Made by a program: the position numbers and the translations under genes. Under the pieces are notes generated by a model that was given only the letters and a program-made list of their open reading frames with translations, was not told the DNA's origin and made no database searches. From Candidatus Bipolaricaulota bacterium (GTDB lineage: Bacteria > Bipolaricaulota > Bipolaricaulia > UBA7950 > UBA9294), in the NCBI GenBank assembly GCA_040752575.1, contig JBFMGK010000067.1, forward strand, positions 1,931-65,930: DNA of 64,000 bases. Direction: 5' to 3'. Of the stretch, positions 29,576 to 39,498 are shown piece after piece (the stretch's first letter is position 1; every line of letters starts with the position of its first letter).

Positions 29576-30517
29576 TCATGGTTTCTCACCCCGCGCGCTG
29601 GGCACACGCCGCATCGCGGCGCGGAGCATGCCTCGAATGCCCTGAGGCAGGAACAGCGTGACGATCACGATGATCGCCCCGTAGACCAGGAGATGACCAT
29701 AGGGGATCTGCAGCTTCAGATACTCCGACAAGGCGCCAAGCACGAGCCCCCCGAGCACGGGCCCCCACGTACTGTGGATCCCCCCGAGGAGGGCCATGGC
29801 CAGCGGGAGCAGGAGGAAGTTGGCGCTGAAGCTCCCCTCGGGAGAGACGAAGCCGAAGACGTGGGCATAGGTTCCGCCCGCGATCCCCTGAATCGCCGAC
29901 GTCACGGCGAAGACGAACACTAGGTACCAGAACACGTTGACGCCGCTCGTCTTGGCGACCCTCTCGTCATTTCGGATCGATGTGAGGGCAAGGTGGATTC
30001 TCGTTCGTTCGAAGACCTCGGAGACGACGATCGTCAGCAGGGCGAGCCCCAGGATGAGCCAGTAGACCTTCGTCGTGTCGCCGGCGTAGATGCAGGATGG
30101 GAGCATCTTTCCCTCGGGGCCCCCGCTCACCTGCGGGAGATTCCGCAGCACGACCGAGAAAATGCTCGCCAGCGCAAGCGTCGTGATCGCAAAGTACATT
30201 CCGCGCAGCCGCAGAACGGCAAGGCCGATCAGCGTCGCTACGGCGCCGGCCACCAGGCCGCCGAACGCGATGCTCAGGAACGGATGGATGTCCGTCTCCA
30301 GGAACAACAGGACGGCGGCGTAGCTTCCAAGCCCAAAGAAGCCGTGCGTGCCGAAGCCCAGCTGCCCCGAACGAAGCAGCATGTCCCAGCTCAGGGCCAG
30401 CGTCAGGTAGATCATCGTAGAGCCCGCGACCTGTTCGAGGTACGCTCCCGTCAGCAAGGGGAGAACCCCGGCCAGTGCGGCTCCAAGAACATAGGGGATG
30501 GCTCTCTGGATCCTCAT
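29576..30517 (-). CDS. livM: branched-chain amino acid-type ABC transporter permease (LivM-like)
   Basis: 313 aa polytopic membrane protein with the LivM/BPD_transp_2 pattern. Confidence 0.85.
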   Translation of the reverse strand: MRIQRAIPYVLGAALAGVLPLLTGAYLEQVAGSTMIYLTLALSWDMLLRSGQLGFGTHGFFGLGSYAAVLLFLETDIHPFLSIAFGGLVAGAVATLIGLAVLRLRGMYFAITTLALASIFSVVLRNLPQVSGGPEGKMLPSCIYAGDTTKVYWLILGLALLTIVVSEVFERTRIHLALTSIRNDERVAKTSGVNVFWYLVFVFAVTSAIQGIAGGTYAHVFGFVSPEGSFSANFLLLPLAMALLGGIHSTWGPVLGGLVLGALSEYLKLQIPYGHLLVYGAIIVIVTLFLPQGIRGMLRAAMRRVPSARGEKP

Positions 30518-31449
30518 GCCGCATGCCTCCGGTACGACCTCGCCATAATCACTGCGACCAGCACCGCGAAAAACACGACGTCCGCCCAGCCACCATATCC
30601 GCGGAACGAGAGCACAATGGCTTCGGCCACGCCGAGCCCGAACCCTCCCCAGACAATGCCCGGGAGGTTTCCGATGCCGGACATCGCGATGAGACAGAAC
30701 GATTTCATCGTGAACGGCGATCCGGCCGATGGGAACACGGAGTGTCGCGTCAGAAACATCGCGCCGATTGCGCCAACCAGGGCTATGGAAAGACCGAAGA
30801 TAAGAAGATACGTGCGGTTCACATCAATGCCCACGAGTCGCGCGCCCCGAGGGTTCTGGCCCACCGCCAAGGCGGCCCGACCGAGGCGTGTGCGGCGGAG
30901 AAACGCAAGGAGCACGATGAGCAGCACGATCGCCCCCGCCGTATAGATGAAGGCGTAGGTGCCGAACCTCAGCTGGCCCAGGGCCATCGACGAGTAGACG
31001 TAGGAGAGAGACGGCTTGCGCGGTTGCGACGTCCACATGAGATTCGCGAACTCGGCTCCGACCATGGCCATGCCGAAGGTCAGAAGCAACTGGTTGAGTT
31101 CCGGCGCTTTGAGCGCACGACGAATGGTCAGCCAGTACGTGACGGCCCCCACGAGGAAGAACGCTCCAAGGGCAGGGATCATCGCCACGAGGGGGTCGAC
31201 GCCCGCCGACACTCGAAACCAGTACGCCGCGTACGCTCCGAGCATCATGAACTCACCGTGTGCCAAGTTGATAATGCCGACGACTCCGAGGATGAGCGCC
31301 ATCGGGAGCGCAATCAGCGCATAGAGTCCCCCGCGCTGGATCCCCTCGATCAGAGCGTACGGCTTCCACAGCATCAGGAGAACGACGATCCCTCCCGTGA
31401 CGGCCAGGAGGACCCATTGTCCCCGCCTCATCGTGCGAAGAAGTCTCAT
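30514..31449 (-). CDS. livH: branched-chain amino acid-type ABC transporter permease (LivH-like)
   Basis: Start at MRLLRTMRRGQWVLL. LivH-like hydrophobic profile. 4-nt overlap with livM. Confidence 0.85.
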   Translation of the reverse strand: MRLLRTMRRGQWVLLAVTGGIVVLLMLWKPYALIEGIQRGGLYALIALPMALILGVVGIINLAHGEFMMLGAYAAYWFRVSAGVDPLVAMIPALGAFFLVGAVTYWLTIRRALKAPELNQLLLTFGMAMVGAEFANLMWTSQPRKPSLSYVYSSMALGQLRFGTYAFIYTAGAIVLLIVLLAFLRRTRLGRAALAVGQNPRGARLVGIDVNRTYLLIFGLSIALVGAIGAMFLTRHSVFPSAGSPFTMKSFCLIAMSGIGNLPGIVWGGFGLGVAEAIVLSFRGYGGWADVVFFAVLVAVIMARSYRRHAA

Positions 31450-31528
31450 CTCAGCCCGGCTCCTTGCCGCGGGCCGGCCTGCCAACGCAGGCCAGCCCGC
31501 GTCCTAACTGCCCAACAACAGACGCTCT

Positions 31529-32719
31529 CTACCGCCCCGTGAACGGGTACATCGGCAGAGCCGTCGCGTACTCGAAGGGCCACAGCACCTGCTGTGCGCC
31601 GTTCTGCCACTGGAGGATCTTCTGCTTCGAGAAGCCCTGGTGCTCGATCAGGTTCGAGGGGGAGAACGTCAGCGTTTCGCCCAGCGGAGAAACGTAGTTC
31701 GTCGCCTCGAGGGCCTCAATCAGCGGCTCTCTGTCCAGGGTGCCTGCGCGGGTGATCGCTTCCGCGACCACGTAGACGTTCGTGTACCCGAGCGGCGCGA
31801 AGTACGTCGCCGGCTCCTCGCCGAACGCCGCGATGTAGGCGTCCCAGAAGTGCTGACTGACCGGGCTCACGTCTTTGATCGACGGAGCCCACATCCCGTA
31901 AGCAACGACACCATTGGCAAGGGGCGACTCGCCGAAGTCCGCTGGCCATCCCGGAGGAGATCCCACGAAGAGCGCAGGCGTGAAGCCGATCTCCCGCGCC
32001 TGCTCCATGATCGGAAGGGCGTCCGCGCCGTACCCGACCCAGATGAAGATGTCGGGATCCTCTTCCTGAGCATGGCGCAGGACGGATCGATAGTCACCGC
32101 CGCCCAACAGCGCGCTCTTGAACGACTCACCGATGTTCTCCCAGTCCGCGTGCGCGACGAGGCTTCCCTGGAAGGAACTGGTTCCGAAGGCTCCTTCCTC
32201 GTAGGCCCAGAAGGCCTTCTCGATCTGGATCAACGGGTACTCCTCCGCGATCGCAGCCCACCCTTCGACGTAGCTTGCTCCCTGGAGGTAGTCCCACGGA
32301 TGGACGTGGAAGTACCAATCCAGGCCCACGACCGCCTGTTCGACGAGCGACGAGGCGGCGCCGATCCAGACCGTGACCTTCTCGTACTTCTTCAGAGTCG
32401 GAATCTGGCCGAGGTGCACGCCGCTGCTCATGCCGCCGATGAACACGTCCACGTTGTGGACCGTCGCCAACAGGTCGATGGCTGCGGCGCCTTTCTCCGG
32501 CTTGTTCTCGTCGTCGATCACGATGAGTTCCAGCTGACGACCCAGAATCCCGCCCGCCGCGTTGATCTCGTCAACGGCGAGCTGCATTGCCTTGCTGCCC
32601 TGTGCGCCCGTGATGTCCGCGAGCGGGAGAACCGCGCCAAGCTTGATCGTGTCCTGGCCGACGGCGACGAGACCCGCTCCGAGCATGACGAGGACCGCGA
32701 GTGCCAACATCCTCTTCAT
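31529..32719 (-). CDS. livK: ABC transporter substrate-binding protein, LivK/LivJ family (periplasmic binding protein type I)
   Basis: Signal peptide MKRMLALAVLVMLGAGLVAVG, then a Leu/Ile/Val-binding-protein-like fold. The start is approximate (±3 nt). Confidence 0.8.
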   Translation of the reverse strand: MKRMLALAVLVMLGAGLVAVGQDTIKLGAVLPLADITGAQGSKAMQLAVDEINAAGGILGRQLELIVIDDENKPEKGAAAIDLLATVHNVDVFIGGMSSGVHLGQIPTLKKYEKVTVWIGAASSLVEQAVVGLDWYFHVHPWDYLQGASYVEGWAAIAEEYPLIQIEKAFWAYEEGAFGTSSFQGSLVAHADWENIGESFKSALLGGGDYRSVLRHAQEEDPDIFIWVGYGADALPIMEQAREIGFTPALFVGSPPGWPADFGESPLANGVVAYGMWAPSIKDVSPVSQHFWDAYIAAFGEEPATYFAPLGYTNVYVVAEAITRAGTLDREPLIEALEATNYVSPLGETLTFSPSNLIEHQGFSKQKILQWQNGAQQVLWPFEYATALPMYPFTGR

Positions 32720-32839
32720 CTTGGCCCTTCCTTTCGACCTCACGTAGATCTCTGCGACTCCGACGTTCTCGAGCCTTCTCAGGTCTGTGTCCGCGTCACC
32801 TCCTCTTCTCTACAGGGTCCGGAAAACTCCGCTTCGCGC

Positions 32840-33652
32840 TCATGCCTGCTTGTGTTTCGTCAGGAATCCGATCACGACCGTCAGGAAGTCCCCGGGACGC
32901 TCCAGGCACGCCCCGTGCCCCGCTCCCGGCAGGCTGACGAACTCCGCCTGGGGGATGGCTTCGGCCATCTCCTCCATGACCCGCTGCGGAGTCAAGAGGT
33001 CTTCCTCGGCGGCGAGAAGGAGCGTGGGCATGGTGAGCCGGCGCAGGTCCTCGGCCGACATCCGGAAAGGAATCGCGCTGTGGCACAGCCGCGTGAATCC
33101 GTCGAACCACTCGCGCGTCAGTGCGCTCTTGAACATCGCCTGGCGCTGATGAAGCGCCTCAAGGTGTTTCGCATAGAAGGCGCGGGAGTAGATGTACGGC
33201 ACCGCCAGTTGGAAGAATCGCTCGCCATCGTAGAGCCGAGCCGCCACTTCCCACGCTCGTCCGATCTCGGCGAGCAGGTTCGTGATGTAGTAGTTCACGT
33301 TGGCGAGGATGAGCGTCTTGATGCGTTCGGGATGCGTACACGCGACCCGTTGGGCAACCTGCCCACCGTACGAGACCCCCATCAGGTGGGCCTTCTCGAT
33401 CCCGAGTTCGTCGAGCAGCTTCACGACATCCCCAGTGTGGACGTCGATCGAGTACTCGTCTTTCATGCGACCCGAGCGTCCCTGGTCCCGCAAATCCAGC
33501 AAGATGAGCTGGACGTGGCGCGAAAGCACCGGAACGTGTCCCATCCAGCTCGCCGCGCTCATCATGATGCCGCCCAGCAGCACGAGCGGCTCGCCCGTCC
33601 CGTGAACCTCGTAGTAGAGCTCTAGACCGTCATGGGCCCGGAACGTCGACAT
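32840..33652 (-). CDS. alpha/beta-fold hydrolase
   Basis: Start at MKMSTFRAHDG with GGGGAG 6 nt upstream. Nucleophile elbow GVSYGG and HGTGEPLVLLGG oxyanion region. The ORF-track N-terminal extension is rejected. Confidence 0.75.
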   Translation of the reverse strand: MSTFRAHDGLELYYEVHGTGEPLVLLGGIMMSAASWMGHVPVLSRHVQLILLDLRDQGRSGRMKDEYSIDVHTGDVVKLLDELGIEKAHLMGVSYGGQVAQRVACTHPERIKTLILANVNYYITNLLAEIGRAWEVAARLYDGERFFQLAVPYIYSRAFYAKHLEALHQRQAMFKSALTREWFDGFTRLCHSAIPFRMSAEDLRRLTMPTLLLAAEEDLLTPQRVMEEMAEAIPQAEFVSLPGAGHGACLERPGDFLTVVIGFLTKHKQA

Positions 33653-34463
33653 CTTCATCTCCCCTCTCCGTCGCGCGGAGCGTACGAGTCGTCTCCAGTC
33701 TCCCCTCAGCAAGCTGCCGGCGAACCCGCTCCGCAAAGTCAGGGTGCCGGAAGCAATCGGCAAAGCGCTCGGACTCCACGCGTAGTCCTTGCCGCAGCGG
33801 GAACTCGTCGGCCGCGTGGAGCGCCGCCTTCGCCCCAGCCAGGGCATGGGCGGGAAGCGACGCGACCTTCTCGGCCCATGACGCCGCTGCAGCGTCGAGA
33901 GATCCAACCGCGACCACTTCGGTGACCAGGCCCATGGCGTGCGCCGCCGCGGCGTCGTACAGCTTGCCGCCCAGGATCATCTCCGCCGCGCGAGCCGCGC
34001 CGATCGCACGCGGCAGGCGTTGTGTTCCGCCTCCGCCGGGGAGGATTCCCAGGCGGACCTCTGGAAGGCCGAGACGAGCATCGTCCGCCGCCAGACGTAG
34101 GTCGCACGCGAGGGCGAATTCGAGCCCCCCGCCGAAGCACAGGCCGCGGATCGCCGCCACCAAGAAGAGGGGGCTCGCCTCCATCCGCGAGAACAACGCT
34201 TGGATCCTCGAAGAGAAAGCCAGCGCCTCGTCCGGAGACAGCTCGAACATCTCCACGCCATCGGCACCGCCGACAAAGTGCTTCTCCCCGGAACCCCGGT
34301 AGATCACCGCGCGCCCCCCCGCCGCCTCGAACGCGTCGAGGTGGGCACGCAGCTCGCCGATCGTCGCCGTGTCAAGGGAGTTGCGATCCCGAGTGCGATC
34401 GATCGTCACCCAGGACACGCTGCGCGACGTCTGCACGATCAGGTTCCGCCATGGTCCGGCCAC
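33630..34463 (-). CDS. enoyl-CoA hydratase/isomerase (crotonase family)
   Basis: 277 aa. Crotonase motifs FVGGADGVEM and CFGGGLEFALACD. Confidence 0.85.
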   Translation of the reverse strand: MAGPWRNLIVQTSRSVSWVTIDRTRDRNSLDTATIGELRAHLDAFEAAGGRAVIYRGSGEKHFVGGADGVEMFELSPDEALAFSSRIQALFSRMEASPLFLVAAIRGLCFGGGLEFALACDLRLAADDARLGLPEVRLGILPGGGGTQRLPRAIGAARAAEMILGGKLYDAAAAHAMGLVTEVVAVGSLDAAAASWAEKVASLPAHALAGAKAALHAADEFPLRQGLRVESERFADCFRHPDFAERVRRQLAEGRLETTRTLRATERGDEDVDVPGP

Positions 34464-34483
34464 GTTTGCCTCTTCCTCCTACG

Positions 34484-35227
34484 CTAGATGACGAGTCCGC
34501 CATTCGGACTTAGCACTTGTCCGGTGAAGAAGTCCGCCTCCGGACTCGCAAGAAAAACGACGAGGGCAGCGACCTCCTCTGCGGTCCCGAACCTCTTAAG
34601 CGGCGTACGCTGAAGCGTCTGTTCCTTGAACGATGCGTCCAGTCTCTGCAGCATGGGCGTTTCGATGTACCCCGGAGCGATCGCATTGACTCGCACGTCG
34701 TATCGAGCCGTCTCCCGGGCCAGTGTCTTCGTCAGCTGGATGACTCCACCCTTGCTCGCGCTGTAGTGGAGCGCACCGGGCGTCGGCATGAGCCCGGCTA
34801 CCGAACTGAAGTTGACGATGCGCCCCCCTTGTCCTGTCTCCTTCATCCAGCGCACGGCTTCGCGGCAGCAGAAGAACGTCCCATCGAGGTTGACGGACAT
34901 CACGCGCTTCCACTCGCGATCCGTCAAGTCTTCGACAAACGCGGTCTCGCCCATCACGGCGGCGGCGTTCACGACGAGGTCGAGGTTCTCGAGCCGCTCC
35001 CGTAGCGCGGCGAACACTCTCTTTACGTCGGAGCTGTCGGACACGTCAAGCCGATAACCGTCCGTGGCGGGAGGTGTCGGCCCGCCCCAGGAGACGTCGC
35101 CTACGAACACCGAGATGCCGCGCGCCGCGAGCGCTTCGACCACCGCACGCCCGATGCCGGAAGCTCCTCCCGTGACCAGCGCAGTCCGGCAGACGTAGCG
35201 CTCTGTCGCGCCGGCCTCGGGCCTCAT
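34484..35227 (-). CDS. short-chain dehydrogenase/reductase (SDR)
   Basis: TGGASGIGRA cofactor loop, NAAAV and YSASK catalytic motif. ATGA overlap with the upstream SDR. Confidence 0.8.
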   Translation of the reverse strand: MRPEAGATERYVCRTALVTGGASGIGRAVVEALAARGISVFVGDVSWGGPTPPATDGYRLDVSDSSDVKRVFAALRERLENLDLVVNAAAVMGETAFVEDLTDREWKRVMSVNLDGTFFCCREAVRWMKETGQGGRIVNFSSVAGLMPTPGALHYSASKGGVIQLTKTLARETARYDVRVNAIAPGYIETPMLQRLDASFKEQTLQRTPLKRFGTAEEVAALVVFLASPEADFFTGQVLSPNGGLVI

Positions 35228-35979
35228 AGCCCCTCCGCGAATCGCTCGTAGGCGGCACGAGCCCGCGACGTCGGGAAGATCACGAATCGGTCGCTGTCCA
35301 TGCCCTTCACGATGCCCTGCGCCACCTCGTCTGCCGTATCCATTCGATCACGCAAGGAGTCGGCCACGGCCTTCATCTCTTCAGCTCCGTGTCCACGGCC
35401 GAAGAACGGCGTGTCGGTGAGATGGGGACAAGCAACCTGGACCCTAATCCCCGTTCCCTCGAGATCGCGTCGCAGCCCGCGGCTCATGCCGACGAGGGCA
35501 TGTTTGCTGGCGAGATACGCCGAGACCTTCGCGGCGTGAGCGATCAGTCCGCCGGTCGATGCGACCTGCAGAATCAGGCCCCGGTTCACAACGCGCATGA
35601 CGCGCAGCGCCTCCTGGGTCATCCGAAACGCGGCGACGAGGTTGATTTCGAGCACATCTCGCAGATCGCGCTCCTCGAGTTCGTCGAACGCTCCGTAGCA
35701 GCCGATGCCGGCGCTGTTGACGAGGATGTCCAAACCGCCCCAGCGCCGAACCACGGAACCCACGATGGATTTGCGGTCGGCGTCGCAGGTCGCATCTCCG
35801 GGCAGGACTGCGGTCTCGCCTGGGCAGTCCCTGGCCGTCTCCATCAGTTCTCTTTCGGACCTCGCGACGAGTGCGACCCGCGCCCCGCCGTGCGAGCAGG
35901 CCCGTGCCAACCCAGCTCCAATACCCGAGCTAGCGCCCGTGATCAAGACCACTTTCCCCGCAAGATGCCCGCCCGTCAT
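35224..35979 (-). CDS. short-chain dehydrogenase/reductase (SDR)
   Basis: TGASSGIGAG, NSAGIG and YLASK motifs. Confidence 0.8.
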   Translation of the reverse strand: MTGGHLAGKVVLITGASSGIGAGLARACSHGGARVALVARSERELMETARDCPGETAVLPGDATCDADRKSIVGSVVRRWGGLDILVNSAGIGCYGAFDELEERDLRDVLEINLVAAFRMTQEALRVMRVVNRGLILQVASTGGLIAHAAKVSAYLASKHALVGMSRGLRRDLEGTGIRVQVACPHLTDTPFFGRGHGAEEMKAVADSLRDRMDTADEVAQGIVKGMDSDRFVIFPTSRARAAYERFAEGL

Positions 35980-35988
35980 CTCACGCCC

Positions 35989-37203
35989 CTAGAAGCCACC
36001 GTAGGTCTCACGCTCCCAATCCCGCTCGTCGGTTGAGTACACGACGGCCACATCGTCGGATCCGAAGATGGCCGCGGCGGCGCTGCGATCCATCGTTCCT
36101 GCCTCGACGAACGCCGTGATGAGCTGCAGCGTCTCCGCGGGGCGGTGGATCGGGAATCCGTGGTCGTAGCCCCGGCCGGACTTGAGCATCACCGCGGTCA
36201 CGTTTGCCCCCGCAACGCGCAGGTCGTACTTCGTGTTCTGGGTGATGGAGTCGGCAATCACGAGATCGCCGCGCCATCTGAGCCGATCGGTCTCGGCCTT
36301 CACCAGGAGAACATCGAGTCCTGCCAACGCATCGAGGCGGTCGGCCCCGGGAAGGGTCACCACGGCGCCGTCTTGGTTCCGATGCGACAGCGTCTCGGCC
36401 GCGAAGTTGAACATATGGCTCGCGTAGAGAGACTCCGGCATGTACTGCGTCTTCTGGACGTCTTCGAGCACCGCGCGGTAGGCTGGCGTCTCGAGGTACG
36501 CAGGATCGCCGACGGACATCCGCGCGAGGTCGTACGCGAGGACCTCGTTGAACACCACGAGATTCCAGGCGGCTGCCATGTCTTCGGGCGAACGCTGCTC
36601 GCCCCACAAGGAACGCTGCTGGAACGCGACGGCGTCGATCGAGTCCGCCCAATCCCCCAACGCGTAATGCTTCCCCGTCTGCGGATCGGTACCCCCCGTC
36701 GTCGGAGAGAACATCACGCGCACGCCTCGCGTCCCGATCCCGGCCAGAGAGATCAGTCGCGAGACGCTTGCCCGGCTCCTCACGGCCAGGCACTGGGCCA
36801 CTCCGAACCCCATCGAGTGGCCGACGAGCGTGAGGTCGCCTCTGCGCAGGCAGGAATCGCTCTCGATCACCTCGGCGAAGTCCGCGGCGAAGTCGTCGAG
36901 CGAGGTGATCGGGTGATGGTAGGTCGAGCGGCCGCTTCCCCGGTAGTCCAGGGCATAGAACGTGTAGCGGTTGTAGACGTCCGCCCGCGCCGCGACCCGG
37001 CATAGCAGCTCCCGAAAGGCCTCGCCCGAGCAGTTGTTGCCCGCGAGAAGGACAACGGCCTCGTCTCCGCGACCGACGCGCAGGACTCCGATCGCTTCCC
37101 CGCTCGACACGCGCACGGTGCGCTCCTCGACGCGGCGTGACGCCGGACCGCTGCACGACGAGAGAAGACCGACAAAGCAAAAGGTCATCCCCAGGCCCAG
37201 CAT
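35989..37203 (-). CDS. alpha/beta hydrolase lipoprotein
   Basis: Start at MLGLGMTFCFVGLLSSCSG (lipobox LSSC), GGAGGAG RBS. Nucleophile elbow GHSMG. Confidence 0.7.
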   Translation of the reverse strand: MLGLGMTFCFVGLLSSCSGPASRRVEERTVRVSSGEAIGVLRVGRGDEAVVLLAGNNCSGEAFRELLCRVAARADVYNRYTFYALDYRGSGRSTYHHPITSLDDFAADFAEVIESDSCLRRGDLTLVGHSMGFGVAQCLAVRSRASVSRLISLAGIGTRGVRVMFSPTTGGTDPQTGKHYALGDWADSIDAVAFQQRSLWGEQRSPEDMAAAWNLVVFNEVLAYDLARMSVGDPAYLETPAYRAVLEDVQKTQYMPESLYASHMFNFAAETLSHRNQDGAVVTLPGADRLDALAGLDVLLVKAETDRLRWRGDLVIADSITQNTKYDLRVAGANVTAVMLKSGRGYDHGFPIHRPAETLQLITAFVEAGTMDRSAAAAIFGSDDVAVVYSTDERDWERETYGGF

Positions 37204-37269
37204 CTCGCTCCTCCATCGCCGTAGGCGCTGACTTGATCGCACTTCGCTCGCCATCCTGCTCTGGCGCTC

Positions 37270-38007
37270 CTAGGGAATGAGGCCGCCATCCACGCATACG
37301 ACGGACCCGTTCACATAGGCGGCGTCGTCCGACGCAAGGAACAGGTACACGTTCGCCACGTCGCGCGCCGTGCCCAGACGGCCGAGCGGCGTTCGCGACC
37401 GCATGAGGTCCAGGACTTTCTCCGGGACCCCCTCGGTCATCTCCGTCTGGATGAACCCCGGAGCGACGGCATTGACCGTGATCCCCTTCCGCCCAAGTTC
37501 ACGGGCCCACACTTTGGTCATTCCGATGACTCCGGCCTTCGTCGCAGCGTAGTTTGTCTGCCCGAAGTTCCCGTAGACTCCGACGACGGAAGAGACGTTG
37601 ATGATCCGGCCGCTTCCCTGGTCCAGCATCCGCGGGGCCACCGCCTGCGTGAGGTTGAACGTGCCTTTGAGGTTCACGGCGATAACCCGATCGAAGTCGT
37701 TCTCGGAGAGCTTGACCAGCTGCGCATCGCGGGTGATGCCGGCGTTGTTGACCAGAATGTCGATCCGGCCGAATGCGCTCACGGCGGACTCGACGAGCGC
37801 CGAGCACTGCTCGCGGCTCGTGACATCGCCGCGCGCGAAGGTCGCCTCCCCCCCATGGGATCGGATCTCCAGGACGACCTTCTCTCCCTGCGGATCGACA
37901 TCGGCAACAACGACTCTGGCCCCTTCTCGGGCGAACAGCGTGGCGGCCTCGCGGCCAATCCCGCGACCAGCCCCCGTGATCATGGCGACCTTCCCCGCTA
38001 GGCGCAT
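37270..38007 (-). CDS. fabG: 3-oxoacyl-[ACP] reductase (FabG-like SDR)
   Basis: Start at MRLAGKVAMITGAGRGIG with AAAGGAGA upstream. NNAGI and YAATK motifs. Full-length FabG-like. Confidence 0.85.
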   Translation of the reverse strand: MRLAGKVAMITGAGRGIGREAATLFAREGARVVVADVDPQGEKVVLEIRSHGGEATFARGDVTSREQCSALVESAVSAFGRIDILVNNAGITRDAQLVKLSENDFDRVIAVNLKGTFNLTQAVAPRMLDQGSGRIINVSSVVGVYGNFGQTNYAATKAGVIGMTKVWARELGRKGITVNAVAPGFIQTEMTEGVPEKVLDLMRSRTPLGRLGTARDVANVYLFLASDDAAYVNGSVVCVDGGLIP

Positions 38008-38023
38008 GACGACCGTCTCCTTT

Positions 38024-39043
38024 CTAGGCCCATCGGAACAGCGCCGTGGACAAGACAAACCCCGCACCCGACGTACAGAACGCCACCAGATCGCCCGCCG
38101 AGATCCGCCCCCGGTCCAGAGCATCGCAGAGCGCCATGAAGACGGATGCCGAGCCCGCGTAGCCGAACTTGTCGGCGACCCAATGAGTCTTTTCCATCGA
38201 GAGGCCCAAAGCCTCGAGCGTCGCTCGCACAGCTCCCACTTCCACCTGGTTCATGAGGACAAGATCGAGATCCTTCGGCGTCACGCCGGCGGCTTCGGTG
38301 GTCTTGCGCATCAGAACTGGCCATCGCGTGACGTTGAAGTCGCCGGGTACGCGGTGAGCGTTCTCGTGGAACCTCAGGTAGTGCTGCTTGTTCGCCACCA
38401 TCTCCGGCGTCAGAGGACGTCCTGTCCCGAGGTAGATGCCGTAGGTATCCCAGCAGCTGCCTTCACTCATCATCTTGCTCGCCAGGTACCCGGGCTCGCG
38501 GGACGGCGAGAGCACAACGGCTCCGGCGCCGTCACTGAACAGCGTGGCCAGCACCTTGGAAGCCGATTGGGAATAGGGGCTCCAGTCTAGCCACTTCGTC
38601 ATGCCGTAGGCGCCTACGATGACGACGTGCTGGATCGCCGGGTCCAGGGCGATGTAGTGCGACCCGATCGCCAGGGCGATCGTCTCGTCGGTGCACGCGG
38701 CGTTGATGTCGAAAGCACCAGCGTTCCGGGCTCCCAGCTTGTGCTGGATGATCGCCGAGGTCGGCGGGCTCACGTAGTCCGGCGTGTCCGTCGCGAGGAT
38801 GATCAGGTCGACCTCATCCGGCCGAAGCCCGGCCTGCTTCAAGGCCTGGCGCGTCGCCTCGACCGCCATGTCAGACGCGGACTCGTCGGGCCGGGCCCGA
38901 AATCGGACGCCGATCCCCTTCTCCGCGAGGTACGACTCGACGTCGTACTCCATCATCCTCCCGAGTTCGGCGTTGGTGATCCGCTCCTCGGGGATGTACA
39001 TCCCGACCCCGGAGATCTTGGCAGCTCGCAGCGCGTTGACCAT
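38024..39043 (-). CDS. 3-oxoacyl-ACP synthase III (FabH)-like condensing enzyme with a non-canonical triad
   Basis: 339 aa. Aligns with FabH through the AFDxxAAC(T) active-site Cys and DGAGA motifs. The positions of FabH His244 and Asn274 appear as Asn (LMNQVE) and Tyr (FGYAGSAS). Confidence 0.75.
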   Translation of the reverse strand: MVNALRAAKISGVGMYIPEERITNAELGRMMEYDVESYLAEKGIGVRFRARPDESASDMAVEATRQALKQAGLRPDEVDLIILATDTPDYVSPPTSAIIQHKLGARNAGAFDINAACTDETIALAIGSHYIALDPAIQHVVIVGAYGMTKWLDWSPYSQSASKVLATLFSDGAGAVVLSPSREPGYLASKMMSEGSCWDTYGIYLGTGRPLTPEMVANKQHYLRFHENAHRVPGDFNVTRWPVLMRKTTEAAGVTPKDLDLVLMNQVEVGAVRATLEALGLSMEKTHWVADKFGYAGSASVFMALCDALDRGRISAGDLVAFCTSGAGFVLSTALFRWA

Positions 39044-39049
39044 CGTGAC

Positions 39050-39496
39050 CTACCCCTCCACCCTGGCCAGAACGACGGTCGCTCGACCGTCGGGAAGGAT
39101 CTCGGCGCGGGGCATCAGCGACATCCCCACCCGGAGCGCGTCGGCCGGAACGCCAAGGATCCAGCCCGTGACGCGCAACCCGTTCTTCATCTCGACGATG
39201 CCCACCGGGCGCGGCTGATACGAGTAGGCGGAGAACGGCGCGGTGCGCGACAGGTCCGGCGTGAAGTGCTTGGGCGTAACGTAGATCGATGTGAACGAGA
39301 TCAGGCGGCCTTCGCCGGACACCGGCACCCACTCAAACGCCGATCCCAGGCAATGGGGACAGTCGCTACGCGGCGGGTACTGCAGCACCCCGCAGGACGA
39401 GCATTTGGAAGCCAGGATCTCTCCACGACCGAGCCCATCGACGAAACCATGCACCTTCGTGTCCTGGATCTGCAGACTGAAGTCTCGGAACTGCAT
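39050..39496 (-). CDS. DUF35 OB-fold/Zn-ribbon protein (thiolase-associated)
   Basis: 148 aa. CxxC...CxxC zinc ribbon (CSSCGVLQYPPRSDCPHC) plus an OB-fold. ATGA overlap with the upstream thiolase. Confidence 0.8.
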   Translation of the reverse strand: MQFRDFSLQIQDTKVHGFVDGLGRGEILASKCSSCGVLQYPPRSDCPHCLGSAFEWVPVSGEGRLISFTSIYVTPKHFTPDLSRTAPFSAYSYQPRPVGIVEMKNGLRVTGWILGVPADALRVGMSLMPRAEILPDGRATVVLARVEG

Positions 39497-39498
39497 CC